Assembly (NCBI GenBank): GCA_002269645.1
Contig: NIVC01001886.1
Span: 115,128-179,127, forward strand
Direction: 5' to 3'
Length of the DNA stretch: 64,000 nucleotides
DNA from: Macrostomum lignano
Lineage: Eukaryota
Shown here: piece by piece, positions 25,201-37,331 of the stretch
Layout of the letters: each line of letters starts with the position of its first letter
Position numbering within the stretch: position 1 is the stretch's first letter
The notes under the pieces: generated by a model
What the model saw: only the letters and a program-made list of their open reading frames with translations
The model's database searches: none
Told to the model about the DNA's origin: nothing
Position numbers and translations under genes: made by a program

Positions 25201-28200
25201 GCCATTTGGAGTGCTAGTTGGGACGCCATTCAGAGTGCTAGTTGGGACGCCATTCAGAGTGCTAGTTGGGACGCCATTTGGAGTGCTAGTTGGGACGCCA
25301 TTTGGAGTGCTAGTTGGGACGCCATTTGGAGTGCTAGTTGGGACGCCATTTGGAGTGCTAGTTGGGACGCCATTTGGAGTGCTAGTTGGGACGCCATTTG
25401 GAGTGCTAGTTGGGACGCCATTTGGAGTGCTAGTTGGGACGCCATTTGGAGTGCTAGTTGGGACGCCATTCAGAGTGCTGGTTGGGACGCCATTCAGAGT
25501 GCTAGTTGGGACGCCATTCAGAGTGCTAGTTGGGACGCCATTTGGAGTGCTAGTTGGGACGCCATTTGGAGTGCTAGTTGGGACGCCATTTGGAGTGCTA
25601 GTTGGGACGCCATTTGGAGTGCTAGTTGGGACGCCATTTGGAGTGCTAGTTGGGACGCCATTTGGAGTGCTAGTTGGGACGCCATTTGGAGTGCTAGTTG
25701 GGACGCCATTTGGAGTGCTAGTTGGGACGCCATTTGGAGTGCTAGTTGGGACGCCATTTGGAGTGCTAGTTGGGACGCCATTTGGAGTGCTAGTTGGGAC
25801 GCCATTTGGAGTGCTAGTTGGGACGCCATTTGGAGTGCTAGTTGGGACGCCATTTGGAGTGCTAGTTGGGACGCCATTTGGAGTGCTAGATGGGACGCTT
25901 TTTGGAGTGCTAGTTGGGACGCCATTTGGAGTGCTGATAATCCACAATGCAGTTTGGCCGCACCACAGCTGTCTAAGAAGACACGAGCGCAGCTGTTTAA
26001 GCATTCGATTAGCGTTGAGATGCCGCGACACCGAACGGCCCAGTGAGTGCAGAATCTGCCTAACAACGGGCGTCAAGCCCAGGTCCGACCTGTCCAAGCA
26101 CCGCAACAGCAGGCTGGCGTGCAGCCAAGTTGGCCGGCCGGCCAGCTGATGCCTGCGGACATAATCGGACAGGGCCGAGCCGAGGCAGCAGGCCGGGTCA
26201 ACGCCGGCAGCGGAGGCGACACCAGCCAGAGCGGCTCCGGCCAGAGGATCAAGAGCTAACCGATGCCCGGCCCAGTTAACGAAGCTGGCGTAGAACTGGG
26301 CGTAGAGCGACTCCAACTGCTGCTGGTGCTGCATCTCTCCGAGTACAAGCCAGCCAATATAGATCGAGTGTATTATTCTTCTAGTATAGTAGTAGTAGCC
26401 GATAGTAGAATTCTCGGGCGTCTTGACTGCCATTACCATGCCTTTTATATACATATATACATACATGCAGCCTATGCAGCAGCAAGCAGGGCGGGCAGCT
26501 GTTTAGTCATTGTGTGCGCGGCGCCCGCGGTTCTGCCAGCCCCTAGCCGGGCCGGCCCAAGCCCCAATACAGACAGGCCTGCGCACGCCGCCCGCACACA
26601 CAGCATTGGCGGAGGGTTGAGAGAGAGAGATAGGGAAGGCACGATTGGGGCCCTCCAGGAAGGCACGTGGACACTTGTATTAGCAATGCGCGGGGGGGGT
26701 AGATGCTACAGGCAAGAGAGGGAGGTGCAGGACCGTGCAAGTTGGTGAGGGTGGGGGTGCACCAGGGTTGAAGTCAAGTTTGACTTCTTCTTCACAATAA
26801 AAAGAGAGTTCAGACGGGCTGTTGCAGCCGAACCCCCCCCCCCTAAACTTGCAACCCAGTAGGCCCCTATTGCAGCGCATGGCTTAAGTATGCCAGACGC
26901 CTACACAACCTGCGCCACACTGTGAAATGACTTACCTGTGAAAGAAACCCTAAAGCAAAATTAACGCAGTTTTGGGTAAACGGCAGGAGTAACTATGACT
27001 GTCTTATCAAGCCTAAATGCCTCGGCATCTAATTAGTACCGCGCCGCGCCGTACTAATCGCCGCGCGCCGTACGCGCCGCGCCGCGCCGTATTAGATCCG
27101 CGCCGGACGCCGTCCGCCAAAATGCCCATGCGCTGCAATCAGGCAGTAGGCCAGATGCCGCAAGCCAAGGTTCCTTGTCCACAGGTCTGTGCTGGCCGGC
27201 ACATAAATATATATACTCGAACATGCGAGCATAAATTATATACATACAACCGATAGCTTTGTTTTTTGTCGGTATCGGAATTCACCTTACCAACTGGTCA
27301 ATAGATTTATTATCTCTCTAGTCTGGGGGGTCGTGCTGACGGTCTTTGTAGCTCGATTGAAGTACTAACAAATAACAAAGACTCGCATTTGGCGCGCTTT
27401 TATACGCAGCAATGTGTTGAAAGCGGAGACGCATCCAGAGAGAGAGAGAGAAAGATTTTTCGATAGGAATGCCAGACTGCCGACCCAATGCAGAGATAAA
27501 TTACGCAATCAATTCTCTCAACGTGAAATAGCTTACGCGTGCATAATTAGTTTATCTAAAGCAAAATGCTAATAACTGCATTAAATGATTGCTGCGCTCT
27601 GCAATTCTTTTGCCTATTGATAAACAATGTGCTAAGCAGTTTTAGTTAAACTGTCCATTCTGGGATAAATGTGTCACGAAATGTGCTAGTTGGGGGCGCC
27701 ATTCAGAGTGCTAGTTTGGGCACCATTCAGAGTGCTAGTTGGGGCGCCATTCAGAGTGCTAGTTTGGGCACCATTCAGAGTGCTAGTTGGGGCGCCATTC
27801 AGAGTGCTAGTTGGGGCGCCATTCAGAGTGCTAGTTGGGGCGCCATTCAGAGTGCTAGTTGGGGCGCCATTCAGAGTGCTAGTTGGGGCGCCATTCAGAG
27901 TGCTAGTTGGGGCGCCATTCAGAGTGCTAGTTGGGGCGCCATTCAGAGTGCTAGTTGGGGCGCCATTCAGAGTGCTAGTTGGGGCGCCATTCAGAGTGCT
28001 AGTTGGGGCGCCATTCAGAGTGCTAGTTGGGGCGCCATTCAGAGTGCTAGTTTGGGCACCATTCAGAGTGCTAGTTGGGGCGCCATTCAGAGTGCTAGTT
28101 TGGGCACCATTCAGAGTGCTAGTTGGGGCGCCATTCAGAGTGCTAGTTGGGGCGCCATTCAGAGTGCTAGTTGGGGCGCCATTCAGAGTGCTAGTTGGGG

Positions 28201-31200
28201 CGCCATTCAGAGTGCTAGTTGGGGCGCCATTCAGAGTGCTAGTTGGGGCGCCATTCAGAGTGCTAGTTGGGGCGCCATTCAGAGTGCTAGTTGGGGCGCC
28301 ATTCAGAGTGCTAGTTGGGGCGCCATTCAGAGTGCTAGTTGGGGCGCCATTCAGAGTGCTAGTTGGGGCGCCATTCAGAGTGCTAGTTGGGGCGCCATTC
28401 AGAGTGCTAGTTGGGGCGCCATTCAGAGTGCTAGTTGGGGCGCCATTCAGAGTGCTAGTTGGGGCGCCATTCAGAGTGCTAGTTGGGGCGCCATTCAGAG
28501 TGCTAGTTGGGGCGCCATTCAGAGTGCTAGTTGGGGCGCCATTCAGAGTGCTAGTTGGGGCACCATTCAGAGTGCTAGTTGGGGCGCCATTCAGAGTGCT
28601 AGTTGGGGCGCCATTCAGAGTGCTAGTTGGGGCGCCATTCAGAGTGCTAGTTGGGACGCCATTCAGAGTGCTAGTTGGGGCGCCATGGCAAGTACCAACA
28701 AAAAGCATATATAAGAGGTTCCAGAAGCAGTACACAGATGCCAAAAATCTCAGTATAAGAAAGTATTTACCTGGCTCTTTGCTGGTGACCCAGCGACCCG
28801 CTCGCGCCGCCGTTGCGTCTAGAAGTTGCAGAAGACGACGCCGAGGAAGCCGAGGCAGAGAAAGACGGGCCGGCGAAGGCCGCAGATGCAGTGGCGGCAC
28901 CGCCGGGCGCGGGAGCGGCCGCCGATCGGTGCAGCGAAGCAGCAGCGGCCGCTGCCGCAGCGGCTGCCGCAGCCCAGGACGCTCCCGTCGGCTCGTCTAC
29001 GCCGCGGGGACAGGCGGCGGCCCCGGCTGCTACGGCGGACGGCGGTTGCGGTTGCGAGGAAGTCTGGCCGCTGGCCAAATTAACATCCGCTGCTACGCTG
29101 CTGGACGACAGGCGGAGCTTCTTGCGCGACGGCGGAGCTGCGTCTGTGCCCTGATTGTATGGATAGTTAGCGAATAAGTTGATTTATTTCTTGAAATACC
29201 CATAATAACTAATCGTTCCTTGGTAGTTAGTTAATCAAACGAGCGCTTCTCACCTTGCCAGTGAGGTGCCGGCCAGCACCGCAATTGTTCTCGCTGGTCA
29301 CGGCGGCAATTGCGGAGGACGCCGGCGGCGGCGGTGGCGGCAAAAGAGGCGCCGTCGCGGCGGCGGCAGACGGGACTACGGCGGCACCTGCGGCGGCCGC
29401 CACTGGGGTGAGTCGGTGCAGCCATTCGCTAGCCAGCTCTGCCAAAAGATGACAAAAAATGCACAATGACAAAACTGTCGGGACACGATTCTCAGGCAAA
29501 GCAGACAGATTACAGGATCAAATTGCAATGACCCCAATCCGATTTTTTATCGGAATATCGGAATATCAATAGATCCTAGAATCCCGATCACTAATCCTAG
29601 AATCCCGATCACTAATCCTAGAATCCCGATCACTAATCCTAGAATCCCGATCACTAATTCTAGAATCCCGATCACTAATTCTAGATTCACGATCACTAAT
29701 TCTAGATTCACGATCACTAATTCTAGATTCACGATCACTAATCCTAGAATCCCGATCACTAATCCTAGAATCCCGATCACTAATCCTAGAATCCCGATCA
29801 CTAATCCTAGAATCCCGATCACTAATTCTAGAATCCCGATCACTAATTCTAGATTCACGATCACTAATTCTAGATTCACGATCACTAATCCTAGAATCCC
29901 GATCACTAATCCTAGAATCCCGATCACTAATCCTAGAATCCCGATCACTAATCCTAGAATCCCGATCACTAATCCTAGAATCCCGATCACTAATCCTAGA
30001 ATCCCGATCACTAATTCTAGAATCCCGATCACTAATTCTAGATTCACGATCACTAATTCTAGATTCACGATCACTAATTCTAGATTCCCGATCACTAATT
30101 CTAGATTCACGATCACTAAGCCTCCAATCCCGATCACTGGCCTAGAAATCCGATCCCTAATTTTAAAGATCCTGATCACTAATCTAATTCGAATCCTTCA
30201 GCCACTCCGCCAATTCCGAATCCCGAAATCCCGGCTCAAAATGATCTATTAGAAATGTTACAACATTAGAAATAGTAACGCTAGAAACCCACCCGCCTAG
30301 ATGAAGTTGAGTCAGAACTCAGAATTATAGAATTATATCCCGGATCAGAAGAGGTACAGTTGAGAAGCAAGAAGACACAGACGGTTGCAAAGGAAATGTA
30401 AAAAGGCGGGAACGTGGCAAGGAGAGTTAGGTTGCAAAGTAGGAGAGAGAGAGTAGGAAAGGGTCGAGGATAGGACTCGGGACTCAGCGGGAAACAGCGG
30501 CAGCAGCAGCCGGAGGCCGGAGCAGCAGACAGCAGAGGGGAGGAGGTAGAGTCTACCCAACCCAACCCCCTGAGCTACACACGGGCCGGGAGCGTGGCAA
30601 CCTCCACAGGGTTTCTCTTCTCTTCGTAAACCAAGGCCTTCAAAGCTCCCCCTTCCCTCCCTCTCCCCCTCTCCTAGCGACTCGGAGAGAATTTTTTCCG
30701 TTCTTTCTCTCTTCTCTCGTTTCTAGCTAGCAGGCCGGAGCTCCGCTCCCACCGTGTACCGCGTGAGTCACTGAGAGACTGAGCGGAGCCGGTCGCATGG
30801 CCGGGGGGGGGCGCAGTAGGGGGGTTGGAGAGGCAGGAGAGGAAAGAAGAGAAGCCCCAAGCCCAGTGGAGCAGTATCGCAAATGGGGACCACCCTCGCG
30901 GGGCCACTCTAACGCTCTCACTCGGTCTAGGCAACTAAGAGCAGAGGCTTTAGAAGCGGACCAAAGTAATGGGCGGGTGGACGGACGGACGGGGAGGTCT
31001 AGCGCGCGGGCGGGGGCCCTCCGGCTCACACAGAGAGAAGGGAAGACTCAGCCGCCCTGGCAACACGGGACGCAGCACCGGAATCAGACACACACGCACA
31101 CAAAGGCAGACACACACACAGGGAGACGTCAGTCATTTTGTCCAGCCGTTTCGAACACCGAAAATTTTCCAGTTCTTACTCTTTATTAGTCGGTCGGCAG

Positions 31201-33123
31201 ACTCAACAACACGAATGGGCTCGTTCCAGCTTCGTGGGAGTTCGAATTACGAAGCCCTACTTATTGCGTTACGCACATCAACCAAGCAGCTTGGCTTCCT
31301 GTACTGATCGACTGCCAACCATTTTCTTACTACTAGACATGCACCACACTTTCTTTCCACAGCTGATGGTGCACCTGGCCCTACTACTAATTCCTCTTGC
31401 AGAGTACGACTGCAAATAATGGCGCCCCCTACTCGCTTATATACATATTGGCGCCCCCTACTCGCTTACATACATATTGGCGCCCCCTACTCGCTTACAT
31501 ACATATTGGCGCCCCCTACTCGCTTACATACATATTGGCGCCCCCTACTCGTCTTCAAGAAATTTTCAACCAATCCAGCCACCCAATTACAATGAGTGGC
31601 CTCTCTTACCAACAGCCTCAAGGGATCCAGTCGAGAAGTCGGAGGCCGCTGGATCGCCGCGCATCAACTGTTGTTGTTGCTGTTGTTGGCGCCGATGCCG
31701 AAGGCGGGACCGGCGTGACTGGGACTGAGAGTGACCGAGCCCCCTGTCCGGGGACACCACCTTGGTCATAGACATTTTACTAATGCAAGGGATAAAGGCA
31801 AAGGACTTGGGAGGAAAAGTTTGCGGGTCAACGGAGGGACCGTAGTTAAAGGGGGGAATTGGGAGTTCCACAAGCCCTGTGTTCTATTTAATATATACAG
31901 AGAGAGGACCCCATGCCTATTGCATCCTTCCGTTCTGCCTCCCCATCGAAACTGCAGAGCCCGCGGGATTGGGCAAGGCGTGTAGGGTTTCCCCGCTCCA
32001 TCCAAGCCCCTCCAGGCCTCCCTCTAGGCACTCCCCAGAATCTCCCTCTTTCTCCCGACAGCCCCCCTCGCGCTGTGGTGTACAATTGGACTAGGCATCT
32101 CCCCACCCCCCGTGGCGATCCTCCGTCTCCTCTCCCTGCCCTCAAATTCCCCCCCCCCCAATCTAGCATGCATGCTTGCAGCGCTCCGGGCCTAAGCCCC
32201 GGCACAACGCTAGCTCTAGCTTTGTAAGGCTGCTTGCTATACGGGGCAGCGCAGGGCATGTTGAGAGAGGGAGAGGGAGAAAGACCCCGGGCCTCCGCCT
32301 GAAAGCATGGGCTTTGGCTGGCCTGAATAGAACTGAACTGAATGCGATGTAGGTAGGCAGGCTGCAGGGGACTAGCTAGAGCTAGGCAGATTTTCTATGC
32401 GCCTTCTACTGCATATGGCCGTACATATATATAGTAAAAAATATATTATCTGGCATACGAGAAGCCCAGCTATAATAGAGATCGGAACCGAAGCCGAATA
32501 ATTAATTATTCCATTAATTATTGTTTAAAAACCAAGCTCTATGCATGCAATATGGCTCTAGCCTCTAGGTTGCACTAAAGTTCTTTAAAAAATTAAGAAA
32601 TAAAAAAATGGAAATCAATAGAATAAAAAAAGAGGGCGAGTCGGAGCTGAGCTGAGAGAAAAGAATTCCAGACGGAAAAATGGAACAAAAACATTGCAGC
32701 CAGTTACGCAACAACTTCAAGCGCTTCTCAATGTATTTCCTGAATTTCATTTTTTCTTAAATCCTCACCAAGGCTTGACAGGTGACGGCGCCGCGGCCTC
32801 TCGCGCAGGTCATAGGGAGGAGGCGGCGGAGGTGGAGGCAACGGCAGCAGTGGCTGAGAAGGGGCTGGACTCAGTGCTGGGCTCAGTTGGAGTAGCGGCG
32901 GATTCCAAGTGCTGAAATGACCGCCGCCTCCGCCGCTGCCAACAATCACAGGAGCGTCGGGATGGTCCTTGCTGCTGCTACTGCTGCCGCTGGCGCTACT
33001 GCTGACCTCCTGCTGCTGCTGCTGCTGATGCTGCGGCGATGAGCCACTAGACAGGCGGCTGGCTTCCTTAACAGCTGGCATTGGCAAATACTGGCTGCGT
33101 CTTGCTGGAGCGTTGCCAAGCAT
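22239..33123 (-). CDS. RNF38: RNF38/RNF44-like RING-H2 E3 ubiquitin ligase, about 645 aa; exons 33123-32769, 29438-29254, 29150-28771, 23256-22239
   Basis: C-terminus [79 protein letters not shown] matches the RNF38/44 pattern. All three introns are GT-AG with consistent phases (1,0,2), total 1938 nt. NLS-like PPSRKKLRL in exon 3. Confidence 0.85.
23461..26333 (-). CDS. Possible nested gene: ~130-aa unique N-terminus (death-fold-like) fused in frame to (STPNGVPT)n
   Basis: GC-rich unique ORF MQHQQQLESLYAQFYASFVNW..RPTWLHASLLLRCLDRSDL..HLNANRMLKQLRSCLL runs without a stop through array A. ATG position approximate; the coding status of the array is unproven. Confidence 0.4.
23525..25935. repeat. 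24-bp minisatellite array A (GGAGTGCTAGTTGGGACGCCATTT)n, about 100 copies
   Basis: Tandem units inside RNF38 intron 3. Confidence 0.97.
26865..27143 (+). mobile_element. MITE, TIR CCCTATTGCAGCGCAT, 8-bp TSD CAGTAGGC, carrying a 28S rRNA-like segment (26974-27037)
   Basis: TSD at 26857-26864 and 27144-27151. The core matches the conserved 28S sequence GGGTAAACGGCGGGAGTAACTATGACTCTCTTAAGGTAGCCAAATGCCTCGTCATCTAATTAGT at 54/64 ungapped (hand count). Confidence 0.9.
27690..28685. repeat. 24-bp minisatellite array B (AGAGTGCTAGTTGGGGCGCCATTC)n, about 41 copies, related to array A
   Basis: Unit differs from array A at three positions; same orientation. Confidence 0.97.
29575..30135. repeat. 21-bp minisatellite (TAGAATCCCGATCACTAATCC)n
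   Basis: About 26 units; explains ORF 29547-30179. Confidence 0.95.
31421..31551. repeat. 29-bp tandem repeat (GGCGCCCCCTACTCGCTTACATACATATT) x4.5
   Basis: Direct reading. Confidence 0.9.
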
Positions 33124-34136
33124 AATTATGCTGCATAAATTAAATTTTCCTTTAGAACTGTCAGAGAAGAAAAAATAAAGTCTTAAACTATGGCTCTAAA
33201 ATTATAGCCTAAGATGAATTTTTGAGAATATTGTATACAGAGTATAAGTAGAAGTTCCAAGTAGAATAGTTGGTATCCATGTAAAATACATACTAGATAG
33301 AAGTAGCAAAGATTAGTACATTTTCTAATAGTTTCTGTAGTAGTATAGATTTTTTATTTTAGTATAGTTGTTTAAACCATATTTTATCATTTGGCATATG
33401 ATGCCATGATCTTGAAAATGGTCAATAGTTGAGTAGAATAAAAGGAATAATAAGGACATATAATATATAATATTGTAGATCATGCATATATGCACATTGT
33501 CTGCTTTAACCTTGGATATATGAATATACATTGATCAGAATTGCAAATATTGATTGGCATATATACAAAGGGGTATTAGGCTATTTGACTATTGGCACAA
33601 TTCAGAATGAAAGAATTAAATAAATAAACTTAGAATAAGTTAATTAAATATATCTATTGTTTAAATTTATGCTAATATAGTTTTTGAAAATAAACAATAT
33701 AACTAATAAACTAATATTATAAACATTTGGTACAAAAATTTCATTTTAAAATAATCATGAATTATCTCTACAATTTCAAATATAAATTTCTATTTCTAAA
33801 ATACTTTCAACTTATTTTGTATATAGGATAACATTGTTTTGTTTTGTCTTAGACCTTAATTAATTAGTTCATTTAGTATATATAACATAGTTTTATATGT
33901 TGTAACTTTTATACTAACATGCATTATACATATCCATATTCTATTGAATTATTAATCAATTCAAGCATGACAAGTATGGTACATAATTAGTAAGCAGTGT
34001 GTAATTGGCATATAAACAAAAAATCACCCTATTGTGTATTTTAGCATTAATTCAACATGGACATGGTTTCAGATTCCAACTCTAAATTATTATAACTGTT
34101 TTTTGCATTTTTCAGCCAATGGTAGGTTAAACTGCA

Positions 34137-34535
34137 CAAAGAGCTTGCGTGCACGGCAGCCGTTCATGTAAGCTCAGAATTGCGTGCACGGCGGCTATCT
34201 ACCTAGTGCTTTATTTGCATGTATGCAGCCGTCTACCTAGTGTTGTGATTGCGTGCATGGCAGCCGGCAATTGGCCGGGACTGGGGCCCTTAAATCCACG
34301 CATTGGCATTGGCAAACCTAATTAAAAAATATTTTTACTATATTGTTTTATAATGTTTTATTCCCCGTACACCATGGATGGACTACAAATGTAATCTTAA
34401 TTCATTGTTATTTTTGTTAACTTGAATATTAATTCAAATAGTATATGACTTACTATATAAGCCTATAAGATATAGCTCTGCCGCGCACGCAATTCTGAGC
34501 TTACGTAAACGGCGGCCGTGCACGCAAGCTCTTCG
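34137..34535. mobile_element. Mutator-like MITE, ~58-bp TIRs, 9-bp TSD TAAACTGCA
   Basis: TIR C(A/G)AAGAGCTTGCGTGCACGGC..GTAAGCTCAGAATTGCGTGC; exact TSD at 34128-34136 and 34536-34544. Confidence 0.9.
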
Positions 34536-35258
34536 TAAACTGCAATGCCTACAACAATTATACCTCTCGCAAAGCTTCAGAATAGCATCATCCTGTGCAA
34601 TCTAATATAGTATAATATATAGCTTAGCCTTAGGACATAGATATACTAGTAAAGCCATCTTAATGCTTATTTAGGTCTGTCTCTAGACTAAATTTTAGTT
34701 GGCATATAATAATAATATAATATTGATAATAAAACCAGCTGATATAGACCAGATTAATTGCTATATTTTGACTAAGAGATGAACAAAAATCAGTGGCATA
34801 GCCAGAGTGCTGGAAGACCTGCCCTCTACCCAAAATTTCTAGAAAAAAACCTCTAATTTATACCTCATCTTTCTTGTAGATAGTGCTAAAGACAAAGTAA
34901 ATAGCACCCTAAAAAATTGTAGCTACACCACAAACAGAAAATAAATTAAATGCATACTGCAGCTACTGCTATCATTAATATGATAAAGAAAATTATAAAA
35001 TATAGGCCTAACTTTATGAAACTGTATTGAACTGTAATCTAGCAAAAACTAATTCTAATAAATATTTCCATTTTGGACTTGGACTTGCATTGTAACTTAT
35101 TTATAGATATTCCAATTTCCTAAGTCTAAGATCAGCACTTGTATTCTAGTTTTAAAAAACTCCTATGTTTTAGATTCCTAATTTAAATCGATAACATTTA
35201 ACAATTGCCTTACTGGCATTGCCATTGTGTACATTCCTCATGTTTATGTCGATGTTCC

Positions 35259-35876
35259 CCATAGTCAGGAAGGTGTCCGTACGCCGGAATTTTCCGGCGT
35301 ACATCAGCCCCCCCCCCCAAAAAATGGCGTACAGTTTCGCGTACACGCGGTCCGAAAAATGGCGTACAGAGTTCTTGGCGTACACAACACAGTTTTCGCA
35401 TGCAAAAATCTGTCCAAAAATCGGCCTACAATATTTGCATGTGATTGGCGTACGAACAAACGTTTAAAAAACCTGCAAACAACCCAATTACTTCGACAAA
35501 GTATTGTATATCGTTCAATTTTAGTGAATTGGTAAATCTATTTTCATCTTTAAAACGCTGAAATTACGTAAATTTTAAATCTGATTTATTGTTAACAAAA
35601 CTTTACTAAAGTTTTGTGTAAGTCAGTTATTTATTTTAACTTATTAACTAATTCTGTACAATAATTACTTTAGTATTTTAGATTTCTTCACGTTACAACA
35701 GATGACATACAGGTAAGTTAAGATTTAAGTTGCAAATTTTGGCGTACGCTTTTTTGGGCTATTCAAATTTTGGCGTACGTCAAAAAGCGCTTTTTTAGGG
35801 CTTTTCAATTTTGGCGTACACAACATTTTTTCTTAATTTTCATTCCGGCGTACACTGGACACCTTCCTGACTATGG
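35259..35876. mobile_element. Non-autonomous TIR element, 20-bp TIR CCATAGTCAGGAAGGTGTCC, 8-bp TSD GATGTTCC (P/hAT-type)
   Basis: Perfect TIRs; exact TSD at 35251-35258 and 35877-35884; many subterminal GGCGTAC motifs at both ends. Confidence 0.92.
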
Positions 35877-37331
35877 GATGTTCCTCCTGCTTTACTGCTT
35901 ATTTACTTTGTGGCGTTCAGCTACATTTTTCACACAAAGTTTTGAAAAGCTTGGTAAATTTAATTTTTTAATCAGAAATTCTACATTTTTTGCTTTTTTG
36001 TAGTCTGTGTTTGTCATTCTCCATATAAAATGTAGAACCTGGAACTAAAATACGCGTGATGCATTTTCCAAGACAATTAATTATTTAAAAACTGTGTTAC
36101 CAGTCCCACAATTTAAATTCTATAATGTAGGCGAAAAAAATATAGATATTTAGTGTTGCAGTGCACAAAAATATTTGGTAAACCATTTTAAAACATTTTT
36201 CTGCTTAAAAGCTTTCAAGCTTAAATCCTAATTTAATATTAAAAGAAACTATATGATTTTGTTTAAATGCTTAATTTTCAAACCTCTGAATCGGAGGAGA
36301 TAGAACTTGGCACTTGAAACATCATTCGTTACAGTTATTCGTTAAAGTCGGAAGTACTTTGTGCAGTCGGAAAAAACCAAAATATGTCCGATAGACAAAG
36401 CCAGCTGTATTTTTTTATTTTCTTACTCTGCCCTGCTCACTGCCTGGTCATACCCGCAACCAATGATTTATTATTGGGCACTTCCAACTACATGTTCCCT
36501 ACGTAGCTGATTAGATCATGATACTTATGAAGTTACGATCATGCTTTATGAAGCAAATAAAACTAGCTCAAGCATGTAACTGAACACTTGCTAGACAATA
36601 TACATGTATAAGGACATTTGTATTATAGACAGGGATACATGTACTTGAACTCACATAAGTCTATAGGACCATACACCATATACGTATCCCATATTACCAT
36701 TGCACATGTTTGCCATAAGCGGATTTAATTAAACGGGTTGCAATAATGAAAACAATGAAAACGATTATGATCGAATTGTAATAATTTTGGTTACAACAAT
36801 CATAAATGTAGTCTGAGTTATTATAAGTGGCTGGTATATTTTAAAACAAATGTTATTTAGTTGTTAAATACTTAGTGATAATGAAACGCATAAATTGCAT
36901 AACGCTGATTAGTTGTAATTAATTTTTGTAACATGAAATACATACTAGATTATAATTAACAAAATTGTAAACGATATTTTACAGAAATTAAAATTAATAA
37001 CAAACTACTAGACTTCTATAGCGGAGATGTTGCTACGAGCACGGTTTTACCGATTATGATAAATTATATAAAAATTAAGGTAACAAGGACGCATGTACGA
37101 TTGATTAAACACACAAGAAGATATTGCAACATATACAGCACTGGGAAAAACAGTATTAATTATAATTAACTTGCTTGTAAAACATAGCTGGTGCAACAAC
37201 AAGAAAAGCGATAATTAAGCGATAAATTGGATAAGAATAAAATTTCAACACGCAGAGAAAACAGGCCGGCTCAACTGTTTATTATTTAATAAAATTAAAG
37301 TTACAGATTGCCGAAGAGACTAAGGAGATTG

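Noticed and set aside
23516-26149. Long + strand ORFs (412, 842, 464 aa) over array A
   Set aside because: A 24-bp unit without stops gives open frames automatically; no unique coding context.
26930-26939. ACTTACCTG as a U1 snRNA 5' end
   Set aside because: No further U1 similarity or Sm site; one copy has ACTTACATG. It may just be an antisense splice-donor-like motif.
26974-27037. Genuine 28S rRNA gene
   Set aside because: Only 64 bp match; flanks are MITE sequence; H69 pairing is broken.
27671-29177. Long ORFs over array B on both strands
   Set aside because: Repeat artefacts; the real exon ends at the GT donor at 28770.
30240-32400. LTR or DIRS retroelement
   Set aside because: No terminal repeats, PBS/PPT pair or gag/pol motifs found.
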